From the NCBI GenBank assembly GCA_903860135.1, contig CAIOPG010000006.1:100275-164274 (forward strand): a stretch of 64,000 nucleotides of DNA, read 5' to 3'. Shown in pieces: positions 53,705 to 64,000 of the stretch. Position 1 is the stretch's first letter; the number at the start of each line of letters is the position of its first letter. Under the pieces are notes generated by a model, which was given only the letters and a program-made list of their open reading frames with translations, was not told the DNA's origin and searched no databases. The position numbers and the translations under genes are program-made. This DNA comes from Candidatus Omnitrophota bacterium (lineage in GTDB: Bacteria > Omnitrophota > Gorgyraeia > Zapsychrales > Fredricksoniimonadaceae).

Positions 53705-55899
53705 ACGAGCAAGACAAGCTCCTCATATCCGCTTACGCCGACGGCGCGCTCTCTCCAGACGATGCCGCTCGTGCCGAAAGCCTCCTGGCCGGTGATCGTG
53801 CGTGCCGGGCCTACCTCGAGGACATCCGTAAGATTTCCATGTCGCTGTCGGTGGTGAAGGACGAACAGCTCTCTCCCGATGCTGAGATCCAGATCATCCA
53901 ACGCTTGCACAAGGAGACAACGTATATGAAACCCAATACATGGAAGACAGCAGCAACCGTGTGCGTGACCATTGTGGTCGCGTTTTTGGTAATGCAGAAT
54001 TATGCACACAGGACATTGCAGGGACGATTAAAGGATGCGAATGTACTGTTTCGTGACAGTATTGGATCAACGTTGAAGTATGAACCGTATTATACAAATA
54101 CAAGTGCCGCTTCGGATAAGTCTTCTGTAAAGCATGCGGAAGGGTATGTTGATTCGACTGTCTATTCAAGCGGTCTAATGCGCGATACTATGTCCCGTAA
54201 CGCAAAGTCTATTGGTACTGATGCTAAAGATGCTTATGGGGGTGTTGCGCCGGGGGTTGATACATCTGTCTATTTCGAAGCGCCTGTAGAAGGGGCTCTC
54301 ATCTTAAAATCTTCTTTCGCTGGTTTTGGAGGGGAGAATGATAAAGTAAGTAATGATATCGGCGATCAGTATTCTACCGCTACTTACGCTAATTATCAGA
54401 GGGGCGTCAGTGCGCTTGATCATCAACAATATACGCCTTCCTACACCGAAGAATACCCCTTCTTCAATGAGAATGAATTCTTGACCACCGACCAGAACCC
54501 GTTGTCCACATTCTCGACAGATGTTGACACGGCCTCTTACAGCAATCTGCGGCGTTATCTGACCCGGAATCAGGTGCCGCCACAGGATGCGGTGCGGCTC
54601 GAGGAGATGATCAATTACTTCTCTTATAATTATCCCAATCCCAAAAATGGGGAACCGTTCTCGATCACGACGGACCTGGCGGTGTGCCCATGGGCCCAGA
54701 AACATTTGCTGTTGCGCATTGGGCTAAAGGGGCGGGTGCCAGACGAAGAAACGCTGCCGGCGAGCAATCTGGTGTTTCTCATTGACGTGTCCGGCTCCAT
54801 GCAAGATGGCAACAAACTGCCCCTTCTTAAAGAAGGTTTCAAGATGATGGTGCGTCAATTGCGCCCTGAAGACCGGGTATCGATCGTTGTTTATGCGGGT
54901 TATGCCGGAAAGGTGCTCGACACCACGTCGGGGTATGACAAGGACGCGATCATTAATGCCATTGATAATCTGCAAGCCGGTGGTTCGACAGCCGGCAATG
55001 AAGGGATTCAGCTGGCGTATCGGACGGCCCGGGAAAGCTTTATCCGGGGCGGGAACAATCGCGTGATCCTGGCCACCGACGGGGATTTTAACGTGGGCTT
55101 GTCGGATATCGGTGCCTTGACGCGCATGATCGAGGATAAACGCCGCGAAGGTGTTTTTCTGACGATATTGGGCGTGGGCAACGGGAATTATAAGGATGAC
55201 CGTTTGCAGGCACTGGCAGATAAAGGCAACGGGAATTATTTCTACCTTGATTCTATCCGCGAAGCTCAGAAAGTCCTGGTCCATGAATTGGGGTCCACTT
55301 TATTCACGATCGCCAAGGACGTGAAGATCCAGGTGGAATTTAATCCGTCGCAGGTCAAGGCCTATCGCTTGCTGGGTTATGAGAAACGCATCATGGCCAA
55401 GCAGGATTTCAATAATGACGCCAAGGATGCCGGCGAGATCGGGGCCGGGCATACGGTCACCGCCTTGTATGAACTGGTGCCCCCCGGTGTTGATGATGTG
55501 CCTGTGAGTGTGGATGATCTCAAATATGCCCGCACCAGGCCGTCATTCGGTGCGGAAGTTTTGACAGTAAAATTGCGTTATAAGGAACCGGACGGGAATG
55601 TGAGCAAGCTTATTACCAAAGGTGTTGGCAAGTCCTGGTTGCAGCTGGAACCATCGGGCGATTTCGCCTGGTCTGCCGCCGTGGCCGAATTCGGGATGCT
55701 GATCAAGGCTTCTTCGAGCCGGGCCAGGGCGTCGTTCGATCATGTCCTTAAAGCCGCCAGGGCAGCCAAAGGAGATGACAGATCCGGCCAGCGCCAGGAG
55801 TTCATCGACATGGTTGAAACCGCCCGGGATATTGTCCCTGAAAGTAATGGGCGGATCAATTTCAAGAGTGAAAAGCGAGAAGAGCGCCGGGAGGATTAG
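53701..55899 (+). CDS. Anti-sigma N-terminus plus TM plus YfbK-like VWA domain protein
   Basis: LISAYADGALS...LL..D..C anti-sigma-like start, a TM segment, PLSTFSTDVDTASY, DVSGSM, ATDGDFNVG, YRLLGYE and DAGEIGAGH. Confidence 0.88.
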   Translation: MNEQDKLLISAYADGALSPDDAARAESLLAGDRACRAYLEDIRKISMSLSVVKDEQLSPDAEIQIIQRLHKETTYMKPNTWKTAATVCVTIVVAFLVMQNYAHRTLQGRLKDANVLFRDSIGSTLKYEPYYTNTSAASDKSSVKHAEGYVDSTVYSSGLMRDTMSRNAKSIGTDAKDAYGGVAPGVDTSVYFEAPVEGALILKSSFAGFGGENDKVSNDIGDQYSTATYANYQRGVSALDHQQYTPSYTEEYPFFNENEFLTTDQNPLSTFSTDVDTASYSNLRRYLTRNQVPPQDAVRLEEMINYFSYNYPNPKNGEPFSITTDLAVCPWAQKHLLLRIGLKGRVPDEETLPASNLVFLIDVSGSMQDGNKLPLLKEGFKMMVRQLRPEDRVSIVVYAGYAGKVLDTTSGYDKDAIINAIDNLQAGGSTAGNEGIQLAYRTARESFIRGGNNRVILATDGDFNVGLSDIGALTRMIEDKRREGVFLTILGVGNGNYKDDRLQALADKGNGNYFYLDSIREAQKVLVHELGSTLFTIAKDVKIQVEFNPSQVKAYRLLGYEKRIMAKQDFNNDAKDAGEIGAGHTVTALYELVPPGVDDVPVSVDDLKYARTRPSFGAEVLTVKLRYKEPDGNVSKLITKGVGKSWLQLEPSGDFAWSAAVAEFGMLIKASSSRARASFDHVLKAARAAKGDDRSGQRQEFIDMVETARDIVPESNGRINFKSEKREERRED

Positions 55900-55929
55900 T
55901 CAATAAAGATTATTTTTAAATTCTTTTTC

Positions 55930-55967
55930 CCCCCTGATGATGGCAGCATCATCAGGGGGTTTCTTTT
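55930..55967 (+). terminator. Rho-independent terminator
   Basis: CCCCCTGATGATG-GCAG-CATCATCAGGGGG is a perfect 13-bp stem, followed by TTTCTTTT. Confidence 0.85.
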
Positions 55968-56037
55968 CCAGATCAAGTGCGCAAAAAGTTCTTAAATTCC
56001 CTTTTCTCCTTCAGCATCTTGGGGTATATTACGGCAT

Positions 56038-56394
56038 ATGCTTCCTGATTATTTTAATATAGTTTTCTTCTTCATGTTGGGCATTGCCTTTGTCGGGGCG
56101 GCGTTTGTGACCTCGTGGCTTATTCGTCCCCGCGCGCCTTCCCAGGCCAAAAATGCGCCGTATGAATGCGGGGAAGTCATCAAAGGGAATTCGCGCGTTC
56201 AGTTCAATATCCGTTATTACCTTGTCACGCTCATCTTTGTTATCTTCGACGTGGAAATACTTTTCACGATCCCGTGGGCGGTTGTTTTCCGGCAGATGGG
56301 CGCGGCGGCGTATTTTGAGATGGTGTTCTTTATTGGTGTGCTTGCCATCGGCCTTGTGTATGCCTGGAAGAAAGGGGCCCTGGAATGGCTGTGA
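56038..56394 (+). CDS. nuoA: NADH-quinone oxidoreductase-like subunit A
   Basis: [15 protein letters not shown] and [10 protein letters not shown]. Confidence 0.95.
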   Translation: MLPDYFNIVFFFMLGIAFVGAAFVTSWLIRPRAPSQAKNAPYECGEVIKGNSRVQFNIRYYLVTLIFVIFDVEILFTIPWAVVFRQMGAAAYFEMVFFIGVLAIGLVYAWKKGALEWL

Positions 56395-56900
56395 ACGAGA
56401 AGATCCTTGGTTCTGAACTGATAGATAAAGTCCCCGGTGGCGGCTTTGTCCTTGCCAAGACCGAAGATCTTTTTAACTGGGCCAAAAGTTCGTCACTGTG
56501 GCCGCTCACCTTCGGCCTGGCTTGCTGTGCCATTGAAATGATGGTCACGGGCGGTCCTCATTATGATATTGACCGGTTCGGTTCCGGTGTTTTTCGTGCC
56601 AGCCCGCGCCAGTGCGATGTGATGATCATTTCGGGAACGATTTGCGTCAAAATGCAGGACAGCATCAAACGGCTTTACGACCAGATGCCCGAACCCAAAT
56701 ACGTGATCGCCATGGGGAATTGCGCCATCAGCGGCGGGATCTTCTACCATGACAGCTATTCTGTTGTTAAGGGCGCCGAGGCGGTGGGGATTCCTGTGGA
56801 TGTATTTGTGGCCGGCTGTCCGCCGCGCCCCGAGAATCTCCTGCACGGGATCATTAAGCTCCAGGAAAAGATCAACAGCCAAAAAGTAAAGACAGCCTGA
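56385..56900 (+). CDS. nuoB: Complex I subunit B
   Basis: [15 protein letters not shown] and GCPPRPE. Confidence 0.95.
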   Translation: MAVNEKILGSELIDKVPGGGFVLAKTEDLFNWAKSSSLWPLTFGLACCAIEMMVTGGPHYDIDRFGSGVFRASPRQCDVMIISGTICVKMQDSIKRLYDQMPEPKYVIAMGNCAISGGIFYHDSYSVVKGAEAVGIPVDVFVAGCPPRPENLLHGIIKLQEKINSQKVKTA

Positions 56901-57352
56901 TGGACATAACCACGATCATCCACAGCCTTCAGGCGAAGTTTCCCGGCATCGTTGTTGGCGCATCCGCTGACCAGCTCATTATTACAAAGGAAGTTGTCAA
57001 GCCAGTATTTGAATTCCTGAAGAATGGCCCGGCGGCATTTACCAGCTTGCATAGCATTACGGCGGTTGATCGTAAAGATACGGTCGAGGTCGTCTATCAT
57101 GTGCATTCGTTCGCGCACCGTGTGATGCTGACCGTGAAGGTGATCCTTGGGAATGACCAGCTTGAGGTGCCATCGTTGACGTTATTGTGGGGCGCGGCTG
57201 ATTGGCTGGAACGTGAGGTCTTTGATCTTTTCGGGGTCCGTTTTGAGGGGCATCCGGATCTGCGCCGTATCCTTAATCCCGACAGCTGGACAGCGCATCC
57301 GTTGCGCAAGGATTTTCAGATGGATGGCATTGTCCCAAGGCCGGTGAAATAG
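56900..57352 (+). CDS. nuoC: Complex I subunit C
   Basis: ADWLEREVFDLFGV.F.GHPDLRRIL...HPLRKD. Confidence 0.95.
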   Translation: MDITTIIHSLQAKFPGIVVGASADQLIITKEVVKPVFEFLKNGPAAFTSLHSITAVDRKDTVEVVYHVHSFAHRVMLTVKVILGNDQLEVPSLTLLWGAADWLEREVFDLFGVRFEGHPDLRRILNPDSWTAHPLRKDFQMDGIVPRPVK

Positions 57353-57354
57353 CC

Positions 57355-58449
57355 ATGGATTTCCAGGAACTGACCATCAACATGGGCCCGCAGCATCCGT
57401 CGACACACGGGGTGCTTTTCCTTCAGCTTAAGCTCGACGGGGAAGTGATCGTGGACTGCCAGCCGCATATCGGCTATCTCCACCGGTCAATTGAAAAGAT
57501 CGCCGAAAGCCGTTCGCTGGTCCAGTTCATGCCGTTCACCGACCGCCTGGATTATATCGCGTCCATGAACAACAACCTTGGTTTTTGCCTGGCGGCGGAG
57601 AAATTGCTGGGCATCACCGCCTCACCGCGGGCGCAGTATTTAAGGGTGATCGTTGCCGAGCTTAACCGTGTGGCAAGCCATCTGCTGGCCATTGGTACCT
57701 TTGCCCAGGACTTAGGCGCGTATGCCACGCCGCTTTTTTATGCCCTGCGCGACCGTGAGAAAATTATTCAGATATTCGACAAGATCTGCGGCCAGCGGTT
57801 GACCTATAATTATTTAAGGATCGGCGGTGTTGCCGGTGATCTGCCTGCGGGGGCGGATCAGCTGATCAAGGATTTCATGGCGTATCAAAGGCGGATCTTG
57901 CCGGAATATCATGATCTTTTGACGGGGAATGTTATTTTTTGCGCGCGTTCTAAAAACATCGGCGTATTGCCCAAAGAAACAGCGATCAATTACGGCGTCA
58001 CCGGGCCGAATTTGCGCGCCTCGGGTGTTGCCTGGGATCTGCGCAAAGATGAACCTTATCTGGTGTATGACAAATTTGATTTTAACGTCGTGACAGGTGC
58101 CAACGGCGATTCCTGGGACCGGTATGATGTCAGGATGCGCGAGATCGAGGAAAGTTTGAAGATCATCGAACAGGCGCTCGGCGGCTTGCCCGAGGGGGAT
58201 CCTGTGGCCAAGGTCAACAAGGTTTTTCGCCTTAACGGGGAAGCCTATATGCGGACGGAAAACCCGCGCGGCGAACTGGGTTTTTATATCGTGGGTGACG
58301 GCGGGCCTTTACCGTACAGGCTCAAGGTCCGGTCGCCTTCTTTTGCCAACCTTTCGGTGTTATCGGCGATGATCAAGGGGATGAATATTTCTGACGCGGT
58401 GTGTGTGCTCGGCAGTCTTGACATCGTGATGGGGGAGATCGACCGATGA
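57355..58449 (+). CDS. nuoD: Complex I subunit D
   Basis: NMGPQHPSTHGV, GYLHR, DRLDY and DIVMGEIDR; no NiFe-binding CxxC pairs. Confidence 0.95.
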   Translation: MDFQELTINMGPQHPSTHGVLFLQLKLDGEVIVDCQPHIGYLHRSIEKIAESRSLVQFMPFTDRLDYIASMNNNLGFCLAAEKLLGITASPRAQYLRVIVAELNRVASHLLAIGTFAQDLGAYATPLFYALRDREKIIQIFDKICGQRLTYNYLRIGGVAGDLPAGADQLIKDFMAYQRRILPEYHDLLTGNVIFCARSKNIGVLPKETAINYGVTGPNLRASGVAWDLRKDEPYLVYDKFDFNVVTGANGDSWDRYDVRMREIEESLKIIEQALGGLPEGDPVAKVNKVFRLNGEAYMRTENPRGELGFYIVGDGGPLPYRLKVRSPSFANLSVLSAMIKGMNISDAVCVLGSLDIVMGEIDR

Positions 58450-59417
58450 ACATACCCTGGCTGGCGCTCTTATCCCTTCTCCTGAAAGGCGTGGCGATCC
58501 TTGCTTTCTTCGCGGTCAATGCCATGTTTTTGATCTGGCTCGAACGCAAAATATCGGCGAAGATCCAAAACCGCCTGGGACCCATGGTGGTCGGCCCGCA
58601 TGGGGCGCTGCAGCTGATCGCGGATACGGTGAAACTTCTCCTGAAAGAGAACATTGTCCCGGCCGAGGCGGATCGTTTGATCTGGTGGCTGGCGCCTTTC
58701 TTTGTGGCGGTACCGACGGTGGCGGCTTTCCTGTGCATTCCTTTCAGCCAGGAGTGGATCGTGGCTGACCTTAATGTGGGCATCCTTTTTATTTGTTCGA
58801 TCACATCCTTGTGCGTGCTGGGGGTATTCATGGCGGGCTGGGGATCGAATAATAAATATTCCCTGCTCGGAGGGATGCGTTCAGCGGCGCAGATCGTCAG
58901 CTATGAAGTGCCCCTGCTTTTATCTGTACTGGTCGTTATCATGGAAGCCGGCACTTTGTCAATGCAGGGCATCGTGCATGCCCAGGAACTGGGCTGGTTC
59001 TGCTTAAAACCCAATGTCCTGCTGGCCTTCCTGATCTATATGATTTCCGCTACCGCCGAGGTGAATCGTGTTCCTTTTGATATACCCGAAGCCGAGTCAG
59101 AGCTTGTGTCCGGGTATCACACGGAATATTCGGGGATGAAGTTTTCCATGTTCTTTCTCGCCGAGTACGCCAATCTCTTTATCATTTCGGCTGTTGCCGC
59201 GACACTCTTTCTCGGCGGCTGGCTGGGGCCGTTGCGTCCGTCTGTTTTTTGGTTTCTGATCAAGGTTTACGGCATCATCAGTTTTCTGATGTGGATCCGC
59301 TGGACATTGCCCCGGGTGCGCATGGATCAGATGATGTCTTTTGCCTGGAAAGTATTAACACCGCTGGCGCTCATCAATGTATTGGTAACCGGATGGCTGC
59401 TGGCGGGCAAAGGTTGA
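58446..59417 (+). CDS. nuoH: Complex I subunit H
   Basis: ERKISA.IQNR.GP, SYEVP and PFDIPEAESELVSGYHTEYSG. Confidence 0.95.
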   Translation: MNIPWLALLSLLLKGVAILAFFAVNAMFLIWLERKISAKIQNRLGPMVVGPHGALQLIADTVKLLLKENIVPAEADRLIWWLAPFFVAVPTVAAFLCIPFSQEWIVADLNVGILFICSITSLCVLGVFMAGWGSNNKYSLLGGMRSAAQIVSYEVPLLLSVLVVIMEAGTLSMQGIVHAQELGWFCLKPNVLLAFLIYMISATAEVNRVPFDIPEAESELVSGYHTEYSGMKFSMFFLAEYANLFIISAVAATLFLGGWLGPLRPSVFWFLIKVYGIISFLMWIRWTLPRVRMDQMMSFAWKVLTPLALINVLVTGWLLAGKG

Positions 59418-59419
59418 TT

Positions 59420-59878
59420 ATGTGCCAAAAAGTCTATGACATCGTCGCAGGGGTGGTCAGTATCCTCAAAGGCCTTGGGGTTACCGGCAAGAATATGTTC
59501 CGCAAAGCGGTAACCATCGAGTATCCTTTTGAAAAACCGGCCATGACGGCAAGATTCCGTGGCCTGGTCGACTTGCATCCGGAGCAGTGCATCGCCTGTT
59601 CCCAATGCGTCAAGATCTGTCCGACGGCAGCCTTACAGCTTGAAGCCACGACTAACCCCGAGACCAGGAAAAAGTTCCCTGGGGTTTTTACTTACAATGA
59701 AGAATTGTGTTGTTTCTGCGGGTTGTGCCAGGAAGTTTGTCCGACGGCCGCCATATATCTCAATCAATGTTATGAAGTGGCGTATTACAGGCATGATGAC
59801 CTGGTAAAGATCGACCTGTTGAAAGCGGATAAATATGTTCATCTCGCACCGCCGAAGGTGAAGGAGCTCAGGCCATGA
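59420..59878 (+). CDS. nuoI: Complex I subunit I
   Basis: VTIEYP plus two CxxCxxCxxxCP ferredoxin motifs; start placed at the ATG at 59420. Confidence 0.93.
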   Translation: MCQKVYDIVAGVVSILKGLGVTGKNMFRKAVTIEYPFEKPAMTARFRGLVDLHPEQCIACSQCVKICPTAALQLEATTNPETRKKFPGVFTYNEELCCFCGLCQEVCPTAAIYLNQCYEVAYYRHDDLVKIDLLKADKYVHLAPPKVKELRP

Positions 59879-60363
59879 ATGCTGTTGTTTTTTATATGAT
59901 CGCCCTTTTTATCGCTGTGAGCGCGGTCTTGAGCGTGACCGTGCGGGATATCTTTCATGGTGCCGTAGCCTTGACCATGACGCTGTTGGGCATTGCGTTC
60001 CTTTATTTTTATCTCGATGCCGGATTCCTGGGGGTCATTCAGATACTGGTGTATGTCGGCGGGATCATGGCTCTTTTTGTCTTTGCGATCATGTTGACTT
60101 CCAAGATGGGGGACCACAAGATCCCGCAGGTCAATGCGCAGTTTTGGCCCGGGCTTTTGATCGCGGCTGTCCTGTGCGCCGTTTTACTCAAAATCGTTGT
60201 CGACAGCTCCTGGATGCATGCGCAGGCGTCAGCGGTGATCACGGATCTTCAGACGATCGGCCGGTCCCTGGTAACCGGGTATGTGTTGCCGTTTGAATTC
60301 ATCTCCCTTCTTTTATTGGCAGCATTGGTAGGGGCGATTGTGATAGGAAAGGTCCGGCGATGA
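59875..60363 (+). CDS. nuoJ: Complex I subunit J
   Basis: QILVYVGGI and LPFEFISLLLL. Confidence 0.93.
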   Translation: MNAVVFYMIALFIAVSAVLSVTVRDIFHGAVALTMTLLGIAFLYFYLDAGFLGVIQILVYVGGIMALFVFAIMLTSKMGDHKIPQVNAQFWPGLLIAAVLCAVLLKIVVDSSWMHAQASAVITDLQTIGRSLVTGYVLPFEFISLLLLAALVGAIVIGKVRR

Positions 60364-60661
60364 TCCCTTTAGGCCACATTGTCATGTTAAGCATGTTCCT
60401 TTTTTGTGTGGGTGTGTACGGTATTTTGACCCAGCGGCACGCGATACGGTTTTTAATCTCCGTTGAACTTATCCTCAATGCCGCCAACATCAATCTGGTC
60501 GCATTCAATAAATATTGGGGGACACCCGACGGCCTCGGGCAGGTATTTGCCCTCTTTGTCATCGCGGTGGCGGCGGCCGCGAGTGTTGTCGGGTTGATCC
60601 TCGTGATCGCGGTTTACAGGCTCAGAAAATCAGTTTTCATCGACGATTTCAATTTATTAAA

Positions 60662-60668
<7 letters not shown>
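60360..60668 (+). CDS. nuoK: Complex I subunit K
   Basis: SVELILNAANINLV and GQVFALF. Confidence 0.93.
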
Positions 60669-62484
<1,816 letters not shown>

Positions 62485-62500
<16 letters not shown>

Positions 62501-63942
62501 CATGGATCATTTTTCTTCCGCTGATTGGCGCCCTGGCCGTGGCCCTTATCCCGGCGAGGCATGAAAAGTGTATCCGCGCGACAGCCATAGGATTTAATGC
62601 GTTTGTGTTGGTGGCTGTTGTCGTGTTGTGCGCTGTTTTTGACCGGACGCAAATAGGTATGCAGTTTTCTGAAAGTCATCCGTGGATCCCTCAATTAAAT
62701 ATTTTTTATAGCGTTGGTGTTGACGGCCTCAGCTTGGCACTTGTTTTTCTGACGGCACTATTGGGTTTGCTGGCTTGTTTGGCATCTGGGACCATCACGC
62801 GGCAGGTTAAGGAATATTATCTGGTTTACCAGGTATTGATGATCGGCATGCTCGGGACTTTTCTGGCGCTGGATCTGGTTGTCTTTTACATTTTCTGGGA
62901 AACAGTATTGATCCCCATGTTCTTCCTGATCGGGATATGGGGCGGGGCGCGGCGGGAATATGCGGCTTGGAAATTCTTCTTTTATACACTCGCAGGTTCC
63001 GTGCTCATGCTTTTGGCGATCCTGGGGGTTTATTTTACGTCCACACCGCATTCTTTCAATATGATCGCATTAGCCAATCCTGGCCTACGTATCAATTTTG
63101 GTTTTCAGTGCGTGATGTTCCTGTTATTTTTCCTGGGCTTTGCGGTTAAGGTGCCGGTATTCCCTTTTCATACCTGGTTGCCCGACGCGCACGTTGAAGC
63201 GCCGACGCCTGTGAGCGTGATCCTTGCCGGGGTGTTGCTCAAGATGGGTACCTACGGGCTTTTCAGGATCTGTTTGCCTTTGTTCCCTGATGTGATCCTG
63301 ATCTTTGCTTGGCCTATCGGGATACTTGGGGTTGTTAATCTTATCTATGGTGCCTGCGCGGCTTTTGCGCAGACTGATTTCAAGAAGATGATCGCCTATT
63401 CATCGGTCAGCCATATGGGTTTTGTCCTGCTGGGGCTTGCGGCCATGAACGCCACAGGCTTCAATGGTGCTATCCTTGAGATGTTTAATCATGGGATCAT
63501 CACCGGGGCGATGTTCCTTCTGGTGGGCGTCCTGTACGAGCGTTCGCATACGCGTGAATTGGCCGCATTCGGAGGCCTTGCCTCAACCATGCCACGGTAT
63601 GCTTTTTTTCTGACATTCATGGCACTGGCATCGCTGGGGTTGCCCGGGTTAAGCGGCTTTGTGGGGGAATTTATGACGCTGGCTGGGGTTTTTCCGTATC
63701 ATTCCAAGATCGGCATCGTGGGTTGCGTGGGGCTCATTGCGGTGGCCGCGCTTTTCCTGCTCATGATCAAGCGCGTGCTTTGGGGCAAGCCGCGTGAGGG
63801 CGTTGCCTGGCCGGACATGAACGTGTTCGAAGCCGGCGTGATCTTCCCTTTAGTTGTTTTGACCCTTGTTGTGGGATTTTATCCTGAAGCTGTCTTGCAA
63901 TTTCAAAAAAATGCTGTTGATACCCTGGTGAATTTCTTATGA
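62485..63942 (+). CDS. nuoM: Complex I subunit M
   Basis: FWE..LIPM, VKVPVFPFHTWLPDAHVEAP, YSSVSHMG and LPGLSGFVGEF. Confidence 0.95.
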
Positions 63943-64000
63943 TCAACTCTTTGAATTTTATTTCTTCTGAACTCATTGTATTAGCCCTTGGATTGGTTGT
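63939..64000 (+). CDS. nuoN: Probable start of complex I subunit N (truncated by the window end)
   Basis: An ATGA overlap with the nuoM stop; reads MINSLNFISSELIVLALGLV; inferred mainly from gene order. Confidence 0.6.
   Translation, partial: MINSLNFISSELIVLALGLV

Noticed and set aside
56385-58449. Group 4 NiFe hydrogenase
   Set aside because: The large subunit lacks both CxxC Ni-binding motifs and has the quinone-site HGV and RLDY motifs.

Overview
Gene-dense bacterial window, almost entirely on the + strand, from what looks like an anaerobic diderm: it has a FadL porin, a porin-cytochrome pair and the Ahb heme route. Taxonomy cannot be fixed from this sequence alone. In order it contains: fabH (partial)-fabD-fadL plus an atypical ketosynthase; a 7TM histidine kinase, response regulator and HD-GYP module; a MoxR-DUF58-BatABCDE operon; polyprenyl synthase, ETF:quinone oxidoreductase and a fused EtfBA; a collapsed chemotaxis operon (pseudogene fragments); an extracellular-electron-transfer-type cluster (ImcH-like 7-heme, system II cytochrome c maturation, monoheme, octaheme and MtrB-like porin) linked to a complete siroheme-dependent heme pathway; a RiPP-like cluster; an ECF sigma with an anti-sigma-VWA partner; and a complex I-like operon lacking nuoEFG. 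The strongest novelty candidate is the RiPP cluster at 43.3-53.0 kb. It has a 61-aa Cys/Tyr-rich precursor with a WxxPxL leader and C-terminal Ser, two rSAM/SPASM enzymes, a stand-alone PqqD/RRE, an HprK-like kinase, a nucleotidyltransferase, a GT-C glycosyltransferase, an ABC exporter and an S26-like peptidase-GNAT fusion with Cys in place of the catalytic Ser. The second candidate is a two-copy, ~145-nt, highly structured intergenic element with compensatory base changes inside the heme operon. No rRNA, tRNA, CRISPR array or transposase was seen. All calls come from motif reading by eye; no searches were run.
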